DNA of 19,575 nucleotides from a virus (Duplodnaviria; Heunggongvirae; Uroviricota; Caudoviricetes): IMG/VR virus record IMGVR_UViG_2681813228_000025; one strand, 5' to 3'. Shown piece by piece: positions 6,817 to 17,364 of this stretch (position 1 is its first letter; each line of letters starts with the position of its first letter). The notes under the pieces were generated by a model. It saw only the letters and a program-made list of their open reading frames with translations, ran no database searches and was not told where the DNA came from. The position numbers and the translations under genes were made by a program.

Positions 6817-7854
6817 CTATGAAACGACACCAGAACATACAAACAGGTAAGAAATGTACCCTACATCCAAGAAACTGGCGATACGGGAGCGGCGCGGTTC
6901 ACCGGAAACGTTGCCGTTACGATCAATGACCTGACCTTCACGCAACCAGACTCCTGCACTATTGAGCTCACGCTTTTTCTCCGCAGTGATAATGCCGCTG
7001 CAGTGCGGGCAAAGTAGATACGCCGCCTCACTGGCTTTAAAGGGATCCGGTTCATTACGGTAGCCGGTCATGGCATCCATGGCTGGCTGAAAATATTCAC
7101 CGCAGTGCGGACATGACCAGTACCAGCGGCGGCGGTCACCACGATTGTAAAGGGAAAGAATACCAGTCGTCGGTGGCGCTTCATGAGGCGACTTACGTCG
7201 CCATTTGCTGTCGCAGATGTCACGTCCCGGCGAGCTCTCCACCAGAGTCATCCCGGCGGACATAAATGTGGTGGTACGTTTTGAGGCCAGGGAGAAACCA
7301 TCACCCTCGCTGTCGATATTCTCCGGAAAACGGTCGTAATCGGTTAAGGCGACAAACCGGTAATCCGACGACGACATAATGTTGACCGAGGGCCAACCAA
7401 TTTTAAGGAACGAGCCATCCCTGAACGTCTTATCATGGACATTATTGTCGTTACGACGTGGACTCATTCTTTTCTTTACCGCCGCACTGCTTCTGAACGT
7501 TCTGTCGAGGCGCTTTTTAGAATGCTCGCGGGCCTTATCTTCGGTCATCTGCACAACGAGCATGTCCGAAGGATCGCAAACGATGGTATAGACAATCCAT
7601 CCATCGATCAGACCAATGGTCTTCCCTGTTCGCGCAGGACCAACAAAAATCACCGCATCGTATTCACGCGATGCCAGGCAGTTCATGGGCTCAATGATGT
7701 AGGGTGTCAGTTCAGGATCCCATGGCACCGAGTTACCAGCCCCCTTGGGAACACGCATGAATTTTTTAACAGCCTCCGAAATCGGCATGCGACGTGGTGG
7801 GGAAAATCCTGCCGATATGTCCCTTCCCAAATTTCGGGCTGATGAAAAACCCAT
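6817..7854 (-). pseudogene. Terminase large subunit (GpA family), C-terminally truncated (345 codons, of which about 325 are homologous)
   Basis: P-loop VIFVGPARTGKT and zinc-ribbon pair CPHCG...CPHC as in lambda gpA, but ends after about 325 homologous residues in a non-homologous tail (LDVGYISYLFVCSGVVS) where composition turns AT-rich. Full-length GpA proteins are about 640 aa. Confidence 0.8.
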
Positions 7855-7862
7855 TATTCCTC

Positions 7863-8420
7863 CTAGAGACTCTCTCCTTCCTCATCAGGAATTAATTCAG
7901 CAGCACAAGCCTCGTAGGATTTTTCCTGAAGAGTGTATCGCAGGTCATCAATTGCCTGCTGTACAACGCCGACGGCCTGAGGAGTCAGGGCGCAATCGCG
8001 TTCAAGAACATCCGGAATTGTCTCCAGAACCTGGACGACAGCCTTTCTCATGGACGAATAGACGATGACTACTTCATCAACGGGGATGAGTTTTCGCTGC
8101 TCCTTTTCCAGCTTGATCCTTTCATTTTCAGACTGGTACCAGTCCTTTCTCTCTTTCGGCTCCATACGGGATGGATCATGAACAGAGTCTGCTGCCTCAT
8201 GCTTCACACTAAACAGGGCTGGCCCGACATGCTGCAGGGCGTAAACGGGGTTCCCCCTGACAGTCGCAGCCACAGGAGTGTTGGCCGCGAGAAGCCGTTT
8301 TTTTACTGTGTCCCGGTGAAGCCCAAAGGCCTCAGCGATTTTAAAAACACTCCAGTAATAAGCATCACCGATCCCGCTCACATTTGACATAAGCAACTCC
8401 ATCTGGCAGGTGAAAATCAT
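7863..8420 (-). CDS. nohA: Terminase small subunit (Nu1-like DNA packaging protein)
   Basis: N-terminal HTH like lambda Nu1 and C-terminus ELIPDEEGESL like lambda ELIPGLLSEY. Start ambiguous: ATG at 8420 lacks an SD; ATG at 8390 (MSNVSG...) has GGAG 7 nt upstream. cos-like site about 170 bp upstream. Confidence 0.8.
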   Translation of the reverse strand: MIFTCQMELLMSNVSGIGDAYYWSVFKIAEAFGLHRDTVKKRLLAANTPVAATVRGNPVYALQHVGPALFSVKHEAADSVHDPSRMEPKERKDWYQSENERIKLEKEQRKLIPVDEVVIVYSSMRKAVVQVLETIPDVLERDCALTPQAVGVVQQAIDDLRYTLQEKSYEACAAELIPDEEGESL

Positions 8421-8561
8421 GTTTATTTATATATTTCAATTAATTGTAAACTGGTCTAATGACAGGGGGAAAAAAATATTGTACAGGTAAAAAGAGAAAT
8501 AACTTTTAATTATCAATAAATTACCAAACATGCTGCCGCCGCCATGGAAATGCAAAAACTA

Positions 8562-8612
8562 GCCTTTTTCCGCGACGCTCCCGCCCCGTGGCAGGGGCCC
8601 CCACCGGGAGGA
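8562..8612 (-). other. cos-like site of the resident prophage
   Basis: gcctttttccgcgacgctcccgccccgtggcaggggcccccaccgggag; reverse complement GGGGCGGGAGCGTCGCGGAAAAAGG resembles the lambda cohesive-end region. Sits where lambda cos lies relative to Nu1. Confidence 0.6.
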
Positions 8613-8766
8613 CCCGACAGCCTGACAGCCGTGACGAGCATCTGATACAGCGCTTTACATAATGGCATAGGAATAATTCAGAAGGACATCACAGCATGCC
8701 CACACAAATTAGTGTGAGTGTCCTGTTTCTTCCTACGCACAGGACTGACGAGCATGAGGGGAAAAT

Positions 8767-8934
8767 ATGCGAACCATAAATGCCTCATCTTCAGCAATGC
8801 AGCCGGCATCCGAACAGGACGATATTGTAAATTCACCTAATTACGAGGACATTGCAGTAGTTGAATTGCAGCTCTGTATTAGCCTGACAGTGACAGAATG
8901 CGATATTGACTCTGTCACAGGTGAAATAGTTTGA
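8767..8934 (+). CDS. Hypothetical small acidic protein, 55 aa
   Basis: ATG at 8767 with strong SD GAGGGGAAAAT; below the 60-aa track cut-off. No motif recognised. Confidence 0.4.
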   Translation: MRTINASSSAMQPASEQDDIVNSPNYEDIAVVELQLCISLTVTECDIDSVTGEIV

Positions 8935-8954
8935 ATGATTAGCAGTTATGGTGC

Positions 8955-9161
8955 TCAGTCAACCACCAGGGAATAATCCTTCGAATTCTTATCGTGCTTC
9001 ACCAACGCTGCCTCAATTGCCCTGAATGCTTCCAGAGACACCTGATGTTCTATACATGCAATTACAACATCCGGGTAACTCATAGAAATGGTGCTATTAA
9101 GCATATTTTTTACACGAATCAGATCCAACGAGAGTTCATCAGCAGATTGTTCTTTATTCAT
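8955..9161 (-). CDS. ynfO: Prophage protein YnfO-like, 68 aa
   Basis: ATG at 9161; position and size match K-12 Qin ynfO (from memory). Confidence 0.65.
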   Translation of the reverse strand: MNKEQSADELSLDLIRVKNMLNSTISMSYPDVVIACIEHQVSLEAFRAIEAALVKHDKNSKDYSLVVD

Positions 9162-9461
9162 TTTGTCGCTCCATGCGTTTGCTCGTCATCTAGCGGTTAA
9201 AATATTACTTCAAATCTTTCTGCATAAAAGAGGAAAAGTATGAAAGTTTGAGTACATCGACCTTACATACATCTGTCGGTTGCATATCCCTCCTGGATGC
9301 CAGCAAGGCTCAACTTTGTTACGCAATCAACACTATTCATTAAAAACAGGCTTAATATTTGACATAAATCATCAACAAAACACAAAGAGGTCAGACCAGA
9401 TTGAAACAATAAACACGATAATGCAAACTACGCGCCATCGTATCACATGGAAGGTTTACCA

Positions 9462-9872
9462 ATGGCTCAGGCTGCCATTTTTAAAGAAATATTCGATCAA
9501 GTGCGTAAAGATTTAAACTGTGAATTATTTTATTCTGAGCTAAAACGTCACAATGTCTCACTTTATATTTACTATTTAGCCACAGATAATATTCACATTG
9601 TGTTAGAAAACGACAACATAGTGTTAGTAAAAGGACTCAAAAAGGTTGTAAATGTTAAATTCTCCAGAAACAAACATCTTATAGAGACCTCCTATAATAA
9701 GTTGAAATCAAAAGAAATCACATTTCAACAATACAGGGAAAATCTTGCTAAAGCAGGAGTTTTCCGATGGGTTACAAATATCCAGGAACACCAAAGATAT
9801 TACTATGCCTTTGATAACTCATTACTATTTACTGAAAGCATCCAGAAAACTACACAGATCTTACCACGCTAA
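9462..9872 (+). CDS. ydfO: DUF1398-family prophage protein YdfO-like, 136 aa
   Basis: ATG at 9462 with SD GGAAGG 9 nt upstream (track start 9447 lacks an SD). Followed by hairpin 9881-9909. Confidence 0.75.
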   Translation: MAQAAIFKEIFDQVRKDLNCELFYSELKRHNVSLYIYYLATDNIHIVLENDNIVLVKGLKKVVNVKFSRNKHLIETSYNKLKSKEITFQQYRENLAKAGVFRWVTNIQEHQRYYYAFDNSLLFTESIQKTTQILPR

Positions 9873-9974
9873 ACCATAACGTCCGGCTTCTCTCACTCCT
9901 GAGCCGGACTGCATTGGTTTAATAAAAACCATCAACAATTGTGATTTAGATATTCGGAACCATTCAAATATAAC

Positions 9975-9998
9975 AAAACCCCGTAAAAACGGGGTTTA
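9975..9998. terminator. Bidirectional hairpin terminator between convergent ydfO and gnsB
   Basis: Stem ccccg (9979-9983) / cgggg (9990-9994), loop taaaaa, flanked by an A-run and a T-run. Confidence 0.45.
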
Positions 9999-10023
9999 TG
10001 GATAAATTTTATTATTGAATACA

Positions 10024-10197
10024 TCAGATTAAATTAATCTTGACATCATAGCTTTCAAGACCCGTCATTTTTTCCCGTGCGGTAAACTGAATACTGGTAA
10101 CTTCTTTCCCGGTCTTTTTCTTAAGTTCAATAATTTTTTTTGTTATATATTCAGAAATATCTGCTTCTGTTTTTGTTTTTAAGTCTTCAATATTCAT
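10024..10197 (-). CDS. gnsB: GnsB-like small protein, 57 aa
   Basis: Hand translation MNIEDLKTKTEADISEYITKKIIELKKKTGKEVTSIQFTAREKMTGLESYDVKINLI; matches the Gns family as recalled. Not in the ORF track because it is under 60 aa. Confidence 0.8.
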   Translation of the reverse strand: MNIEDLKTKTEADISEYITKKIIELKKKTGKEVTSIQFTAREKMTGLESYDVKINLI

Positions 10198-10368
10198 CAT
10201 TTCCTCTTTTAGTCTGTTATGACTTTCCAGTTACACAGTAAGTCGATTATATGGTGCAAACGTGTAAAAGATAAGATGAAACATCGCAATAATCAACATA
10301 CGATAGTCTAAATTTTACACAAACAGACAAAGAGAATTTTCCTGAATTATCAATGCAATAGCATCAAA

Positions 10369-10599
10369 TCAACTCAAGAGCCTTATTGCTGCTTCCAGAA
10401 TTTCTTCTGAAGTAACATGTCGATCCGCGGCTACATAAATGACTTTATGATCTCCGGTCAGAGATGGAAACCCTGCGGCCATTACAGTAAGGTGTGTTTT
10501 TTCGCCATTTGGATATTCACGCATGATGGTGTTAACTCCAGTCATCGCTGGCACTACCACTGCTGGTTCAGAGTTAAAAAAAACTATGATTTTTTTCAT
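10369..10599 (-). CDS. ynfN: YnfN-like small prophage protein
   Basis: ATG at 10599 (MKKIIVFFNSEPAVVVP...); the track ORF extends to a non-ATG start at 10641. Position between gnsB and cspI as in K-12 Qin. Confidence 0.55.
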   Translation of the reverse strand: MKKIIVFFNSEPAVVVPAMTGVNTIMREYPNGEKTHLTVMAAGFPSLTGDHKVIYVAADRHVTSEEILEAAIRLLS

Positions 10600-10870
10600 G
10601 ATGTTACCGTAGTATGTGAGTATCCATCGAATAGACACCAAGCAAAAAAGCTCCCGAAGGAGCCTTCATTTTCACTTTTTTAAATCCAACGACAGACGGC
10701 TGGCATTTAAGTATTGTGAAATATTATCAAATGTAATCATCATTGATTTACAAAAGATACATTTTGCCCCGAAAGGATTCATGTCAGAAACATCAAAAGA
10801 TGATGTTCTATACTGGGAACCATGACAACACGGGCATCTAAAGTGAATATGGTTTGTAATATTGTCTACC

Positions 10871-11083
10871 TCAAAGCGCCACTACATGAACAGCGGCAGG
10901 ACCTTTAGGTCCGTTCTCAATACCAAATTCAACTTCCTGATTCTCAGTTAATGTTTTGAAATCGTTGCTCTGAATTGCTGAGAAATGGACAAACACATCT
11001 TTGCTGCCATCTTTCGGCGTGATGAAACCAAAACCTTTTTCAGGGTTAAACCATTTCACTAAACCAGTCATTTTGTTAGACAT
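10871..11083 (-). CDS. cspI: Cold shock protein CspI, 70 aa
   Basis: [43 protein letters not shown]... with RNP1/RNP2 motifs (KGFGFI, VFVHF); long 5' leader region upstream. Confidence 0.9.
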   Translation of the reverse strand: MSNKMTGLVKWFNPEKGFGFITPKDGSKDVFVHFSAIQSNDFKTLTENQEVEFGIENGPKGPAAVHVVAL

Positions 11084-11444
11084 AATTATTACCTTTTGAA
11101 GAAATTAGCCCTTGGGCAGAATGGTCCGAAAAAAAAATATCAGAGAGAAAAACCAACAAGGAAATCCCAAGAGGTACAAATAATAAAATTATAACAATGA
11201 CTGCTTCAGATAAATTTGTAACAAACCAGAACACCATTAACGCATGATTAACCACCCATAGCAAGGATTACTTTTGTAAAGAAAAACACAGCAATGAAAG
11301 AATAGCTTTATTTATTAATAAAACGTGTCATTCTGATTAAGACCTTTTCTTACCCTTAAGATTTCAGGAATTTTGGCTCATGGAAGAGTCCTTTTTATTT
11401 AAATTTTACATTCCGCGATGTAAATGTTCCGATTTAATATTACC

Positions 11445-12472
<1,028 letters not shown>

Positions 12473-12591
12473 AGATATTTATGATGAGGACGCTCGTGCT
12501 TATTGGCAGGATTTTCAATCTTAAAGGAGTACTGATGCTGCAGATAAGACTCAACTTTTTCTGACAATTTTTCTGCTACTTCCAGGAAGAC

Positions 12592-12780
12592 TTACCGGAC
12601 GCTCCTTCTGGCTGCTGCCTCATAAAACTCCAGCGCAGCTCCTTCAACACGGTCCATGGCGACATCCAGGTCAAAAATTTCACCGTCAAAGCGTTCTTTG
12701 TCCTGTAAGGCTACAGTTACCGTAACTTTATTCTCAAAATTACGGACTCCTTTCACAACCAGTTCATAGTCTTGAGTCAT
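12592..12780 (-). CDS. ydfR: Small protein between holin and endolysin (YdfR-like), 62 aa
   Basis: ATG at 12780, 5 nt after the holin stop. Position corresponds to ydfR in K-12 Qin; identity by position only. Confidence 0.5.
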   Translation of the reverse strand: MTQDYELVVKGVRNFENKVTVTVALQDKERFDGEIFDLDVAMDRVEGAALEFYEAAARRSVR

Positions 12781-12784
12781 TGGA

Positions 12785-13000
12785 TTACTCTCCTCTCGCA
12801 GCCTTACGCCTGTCTTCTTTAATCTTGAAATAAAGATTTGTCAGATACGTCAGCAGGCCAAAAACCAGGCTACCCAGCACACCGATTGCAGCCCACTGTG
12901 ACGGAGTTACTTTATCGAGTAACGGCAATGCCCAGAAACCAGCATTACCCGCCGATGTGCCATAGGCAACACCTGTTGTTAACTTATCCATTGATTTCAT
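12785..13000 (-). CDS. essQ: Class II holin / pinholin with dual-start motif (phage 21 S-like), 71 aa
   Basis: [28 protein letters not shown]...: two Met starts three codons apart (antiholin/holin), two transmembrane segments, basic C-terminus. The track ORF extends upstream to 13075 without support. Confidence 0.85.
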   Translation of the reverse strand: MKSMDKLTTGVAYGTSAGNAGFWALPLLDKVTPSQWAAIGVLGSLVFGLLTYLTNLYFKIKEDRRKAARGE

Positions 13001-13219
13001 ATCCTCACCCCGATGTACACGGATGGTGCAATATGTTTGAAAAGATCGGAGTCTACGGGGTAGTTTTGACAGCACACGTTGTTCTCAACGGCGCTAAAAA
13101 AACATACACATTAAAAATGTGGGTAATTATTTTGAAAGAAAGTCATATATAAAATAATAATACGAGAAATGTTTTCATATTTAGTGTACTGTATACGGCC
13201 ATTTATACAGGAAAAGCCT

Positions 13220-13390
13220 ATGTCAGAACGTAAAGACTCAAAATCACGCCGTAATTATCTCGTTAAATGTTCCTGCCCAAACTGCACCCAAGAGTCAGAA
13301 CACAGTTTTTCAAGAGTACAAAAAGGTGCCCTTTTGATCTGCCCTCATTGCAACAAAGTATTCCAGACAAATCTTAAAGCTGTAGCCTGA
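13220..13390 (+). CDS. Small zinc-ribbon protein, 56 aa
   Basis: ATG at 13220 with SD AGGAAAAG; two CxxC pairs (CSCPNC ... CPHC). Size and motif are reminiscent of the K-12 Qin small protein YnfU (from memory, unverified). Confidence 0.5.
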   Translation: MSERKDSKSRRNYLVKCSCPNCTQESEHSFSRVQKGALLICPHCNKVFQTNLKAVA

Positions 13391-13450
13391 TTGATTTTAT
13401 TAGTAACAAGTATTTTTTATATTTTAATAATATATTTAAAGCAGATAATA

Positions 13451-13472
13451 AAAAACCCGCCTGAGCGGGTTT
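13451..13472 (-). terminator. Hairpin terminator, minus-strand oriented
   Basis: Stem aaacccgc (13453-13460) / gcgggttt (13465-13472), loop ctga; A-run upstream on plus gives a U-tract for the minus-strand transcript. Confidence 0.45.
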
Positions 13473-13753
13473 GAGATTGTGGTGCTTTTTGTGGGAGTCA
13501 TCCACTTACGCACTTTGTTTTGCGATGCCAGCAGTTAGCTTCTGTTGTGAAACTATTCATGCAGCAAACCTGCACTTCACCCCAATGGTTAGCATACTTT
13601 TCCTGATTAAGATTTTGCCAAATATGCTGGCCATTGTTTCATGTATTGGACCTCCTTACTTTTTATTAAAGAGATCCAATATTCACTACTCTGTCCGTAT
13701 CTCTACTCAGGCATCAGCCTTCTTCGTTATCGTATACAGACGAGCGATGAATT

Positions 13754-13969
13754 TTAATCAGTAATGATGACATTTACTGCTGCAGGACCTTTAGCACCAC
13801 TCTCTATAGAGAAGGTAACCTTTTGACCTTCAAATAAGGTTCGATAATTATCATTCTGAATCGCAGAAAAATGCACAAACACATCTTTACTACCATCAAC
13901 AGGAGAAATAAAGCCGAAACCTTTATCAGCGTTAAACCATTTTACTAAACCAGTCATTTTATTTGACAT
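13754..13969 (-). CDS. cspB: Cold shock protein CspB, 71 aa
   Basis: [64 protein letters not shown]...; divergent from cspF as in K-12. Confidence 0.9.
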   Translation of the reverse strand: MSNKMTGLVKWFNADKGFGFISPVDGSKDVFVHFSAIQNDNYRTLFEGQKVTFSIESGAKGPAAVNVIITD

Positions 13970-14269
13970 TCTACATTCCTTAACTTGAGCCTTTCGGCAT
14001 AAATGGTTTGCATAACAGAAACGACTTCGTACTTAATTGGAGAGACTCAAAGAAGGAATAAGTGAATAACACCTGAAATGAGAACTGCTTTAGTAAACTA
14101 CTTCGTATATCGTCTGTTCTTCAAACCGACGCAATCATTAACGCATAGTTGAACATATGAAGCAATGTTTATTTTAGACATCCAGCCATCTTCAACCCCA
14201 TCAAAACACTATAGCTTTCTTCAGGAACGTGTGTATAGTGCGCCAAGTTATCAGTGTTAAGGAATTTTT

Positions 14270-14482
14270 TTGTCCCGTAAAATGACAGGAATTGTCAAAA
14301 CCTTTGACGGCAAAAGCGGCAAGGGTCTTATCACCCCATCCGATGGTCGTATCGATGTCCAGCTTCATGTTTCAGCGCTCAATCTCCGCGATGCAGAAGA
14401 AATTACCACCGGATTACGCGTGGAATTTTGCCGGATAAATGGTCTGCGTGGCCCTTCAGCTGCCAATGTTTACCTTTCATGA
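14270..14482 (+). CDS. cspF: Cold-shock-domain protein CspF-like
   Basis: [36 protein letters not shown]... lacks the canonical RNP aromatic residues, as CspF/CspH do. The track start at 14270 is TTG; the first ATG is at 14282. Confidence 0.85.
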
Positions 14483-14774
14483 GCTATATTAAAGCTTTAA
14501 TTTCAGGCCCCATCGGATCACACATGGAGAGTTTTTATGAATAACCCCGTCTGTCTTGATGACTGGTTGATTGGCTTTAAAAGCTTATGCTGTACTTTGG
14601 CCGTAATAGCTCTGCTAATAATATAATAAGCAGACTCATTGTGTTTAGGGACATTGTACTGGAAGAAAACATTTTAAACATCAGGCAAATAACCAAGTCA
14701 CCAGCTAAATAATAAGTTAACAGACATGAGTCCCGGGATGAGATTCAACATTACCATTGCCCCATTTAAAGCAC

Positions 14775-14810
14775 AAAACCCGCTCATCAGCGGGTTTTCT
14801 ACTTTTTCTT
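14775..14810. terminator. Hairpin terminator (tR'-like position downstream of the duplicated late-promoter block)
   Basis: Stem aaaacccgc (14775-14783) / gcgggtttt (14790-14798), loop tcatca; A-run before and T-rich run after. Confidence 0.45.
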
Positions 14811-15252
14811 AACGTCGGGTATACAAAGCCCATCGTTGAAAAAACTTTATCCATATTTTTTTGAAAAATGCAAGCATCACGTTACCATCTTCATTGAAAA
14901 ACCTTTATCGTGTTACTTTTATCAATTGCACTTCAGCATAGAGTTATCCCAGACAGCACTTTAAAGACTTCTACATTACACACACCTTGTCTCCCCTTCT
15001 CGTCATATCTGCAAGACCGATATGCATGACGCAGTACATACGCTGAACTGCTTTATCCATCTGCATATTCTAGTGCTAAAGCGACTTCAGTAGCAGAAGC
15101 AAAATTCTGCTACTGTGCCAAACAGGAGTAAACGTCATTTTATGTAATGTTGATTGAGTGGTCATAGTATCACCTCAATAACAACTCTCCGCCCTATCAT
15201 TGAAAGCATATCTGCTATAATTAAAAAGCCACTTAACATCAGGACTTCAAAC

Positions 15253-15438
15253 ATGACTTCAAATCAATCTGAAAACGAAATAGTTAATACTGTCAAAAAA
15301 TATGCATCATGTGCTGACGATGCTTTGCAGGGAGGCAAAGAAAACGTTAAAGATAAATTTAGAAATTATCCACTGACTAGCGTGGTGGTTGCTCTAAGCA
15401 TAGGGTTAACGCTTGGTTTTATTATTGGCAGAAAATAA
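15253..15438 (+). CDS. DUF883 (ElaB/YqjD/YgaM-like) tail-anchored small membrane protein, 61 aa
   Basis: C-terminal NYPLTSVVVALSIGLTLGFIIGRK matches the family's NPW...G..LG.L..RR anchor pattern. ATG at 15253 with AGGA 8 nt upstream; the track ORF starts at TTG 15154. Confidence 0.5.
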   Translation: MTSNQSENEIVNTVKKYASCADDALQGGKENVKDKFRNYPLTSVVVALSIGLTLGFIIGRK

Positions 15439-16598
15439 TCTTAAGCCTCCCATAAGTCGTACACAATCACATCTGCCAATTAATGTTCCATTAGTAAAAA
15501 ACCACCTCCTGTGGAGGTGGTTTAAGGATAGCAACAAAACACAACCTACTTTAAACGGCTATATTCTGCTATATCTAAATAATAGGATCTCTTTTATCAT
15601 CCGGTGAAAAAGGGTTCAATGGTTGCCCCTCATCAGGACGCTCAACGGGCTCATCATCAGGCTTACGGTCATCAAAATCTGGATGTTCTGACATATTCCA
15701 CCCTAGTATTTTTATGCAGGAAAGATTATTTACTCTTTCCGGTTGTCTTTTTTATTATCCTTACCCTTACTATCCTCATTGTTTTTATTCCTGTCATGAG
15801 ATTTTTCATTTGAATCACTTACATATAATGTATTCATGGGGACTCCAGTTTTTTAACAGCACAATGCTGTATCTGTAATTATAGATGCAATTAATCATTA
15901 TGATATGTATGTTTCATGCACAAATCAGAAACGCATCTAGTGCTTTAATTAATATGGATTTTATTGCTGTAGATTTACAAAAACTTTCATAATTAACCAG
16001 CAATATAAGACAAATATCTCATAACATGAGGAAAATCAAGCTCATTTAAAGCAATTTATAATTTTCATCCTACTGTTTTCCCTGCACTGCCAACACAAGT
16101 TTCATCGCAACACTCTGACAAGACACCTATAAAATCAGTTTCGTTATCACCTTAATTTTCTTCATGGGTAACAAACCGGTAATACATCGATAGCCAGATT
16201 TCCGGCGTAAGCCATTTATTTGCAGCCTGATTGATGCGCGTTACTGTTACCTCTTCCCTGCATCAGGATGGCTTCTCCAGATGATATGGTTAATCACACT
16301 GGAACATTCACGCATAACCGTTTCCTTCATATCCTGCCGTTTTAGCATGTCTTTTCCCCTTCTTGTTAATATCAATAACTAACACAAATCTAAAAAAGCC
16401 AGCAATGTAAAAAAACTGCATTCACGGCAACCATAATGGTTACCGTTCTGCACAAAGTTTATGTCCACAAAAAAACCACTCTGCGCGGCTTATTGATATT
16501 TTCCACAGGTATGCATATAAGGCTCATCATTGGAAAACTCTTTGCACGTTTCCTTAGAAAATACAATCGTTATGTCGCCATCGTTCGGTGAAAATCAT

Positions 16599-17351
16599 TT
16601 ATCTCGTCACTTTTCTTAATTGCACCTCAGCATATGCTTCTTCCTGCCAGCACTTTGTAACCAGTTTATCAATGACATCTGCATATCCTTTGTACCACTG
16701 ATAATCCGTCAGGTCTGGTACCAGCTTCTGGACATGACACCGCGCCAGTGTCGTTGATAAACGACTAAACCGGTTTCCATTGCAACGCCCACAAACCTTA
16801 TAAACAGGCGTGCTATGAAGCCGGGTTCTTTTTTCATCCAGGACAATACCTTTCCCCTTACACCCTCTGCACGCTGTGCTGACTTCTCCCTTACCATGGC
16901 AATGCTGACATAGTTCCTTCACCCACTCTTCCTTGATAACAGATTCCCCACTTCTGGAGTGTTTCACCACTTCGCGCAATACATTATGAAATCCAGTACC
17001 AGCACAATACTCACAGCGAGCCTTACTTGCCGCAGACCTGGAATAATCAGCAAAGGCAAAATTCACAAGGTAAGGGATGATCTGTAACCGGATTTCTTCA
17101 CTCAATTTGTTCAATGTCGGATTATCCATTGCCATCGCGTAATTGAGCAGACCTTCAATCGCAAACTGAGGATCCTGAACACCAACTTTTGCCAGGAATA
17201 AGGCAAAACCAAGCGGAGCTTTCGACTGCACCATCCCCTGCGCAGCCATCACATCTGTTATTGTTAAACCACCCGAGCCTGTCGCCGGTGCGTCATCACT
17301 CAATTTTGGAGATTTTGGGGAGTAATATTTTGGTAAAGCTTCAAGGTTCAT
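16599..17351 (-). CDS. quuQ: Late-gene antiterminator Q (phage 82 Q-like), 250 aa
   Basis: Cys-rich zinc-binding region CQHCHGKGEVSTACRGCKGKG; ATG at 17351. Sits upstream of the lysis region on the same strand. Confidence 0.8.
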   Translation of the reverse strand: MNLEALPKYYSPKSPKLSDDAPATGSGGLTITDVMAAQGMVQSKAPLGFALFLAKVGVQDPQFAIEGLLNYAMAMDNPTLNKLSEEIRLQIIPYLVNFAFADYSRSAASKARCEYCAGTGFHNVLREVVKHSRSGESVIKEEWVKELCQHCHGKGEVSTACRGCKGKGIVLDEKRTRLHSTPVYKVCGRCNGNRFSRLSTTLARCHVQKLVPDLTDYQWYKGYADVIDKLVTKCWQEEAYAEVQLRKVTR

Positions 17352-17364
17352 GCTCGTTCTCCAC

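Larger units (their letters stand above)
1..6870 (-). mobile_element. Phage satellite island (PICI / P4-like), partial; far boundary beyond window start
   Basis: Contiguous minus-strand module: integrase, AlpA, BRO-N protein, SF3-helicase replication protein, iteron origin, SSB-like gene, cos-like site. G+C drops sharply near 6860-6870, next to the truncated terminase ORF. This int-alpA-rep-ori-cos layout is the established architecture of Gram-negative PICIs. Confidence 0.7.

Noticed and set aside
11076-11264. 62-aa minus-strand ORF upstream of cspI
   Set aside because: Lies in the expected long 5' leader of the cold-shock gene; hydrophobic low-complexity translation; no SD.
13471-13764. 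97-aa plus-strand ORF between the terminator and cspB
   Set aside because: Phe/Cys-rich junk translation with no SD, in the region downstream of cspB.
14537-14626. 29-aa hydrophobic ORF ([29 protein letters not shown]) with a GGAGAG SD downstream of cspF
   Set aside because: Too short to call from sequence alone; may be a genuine small membrane peptide but needs expression evidence.
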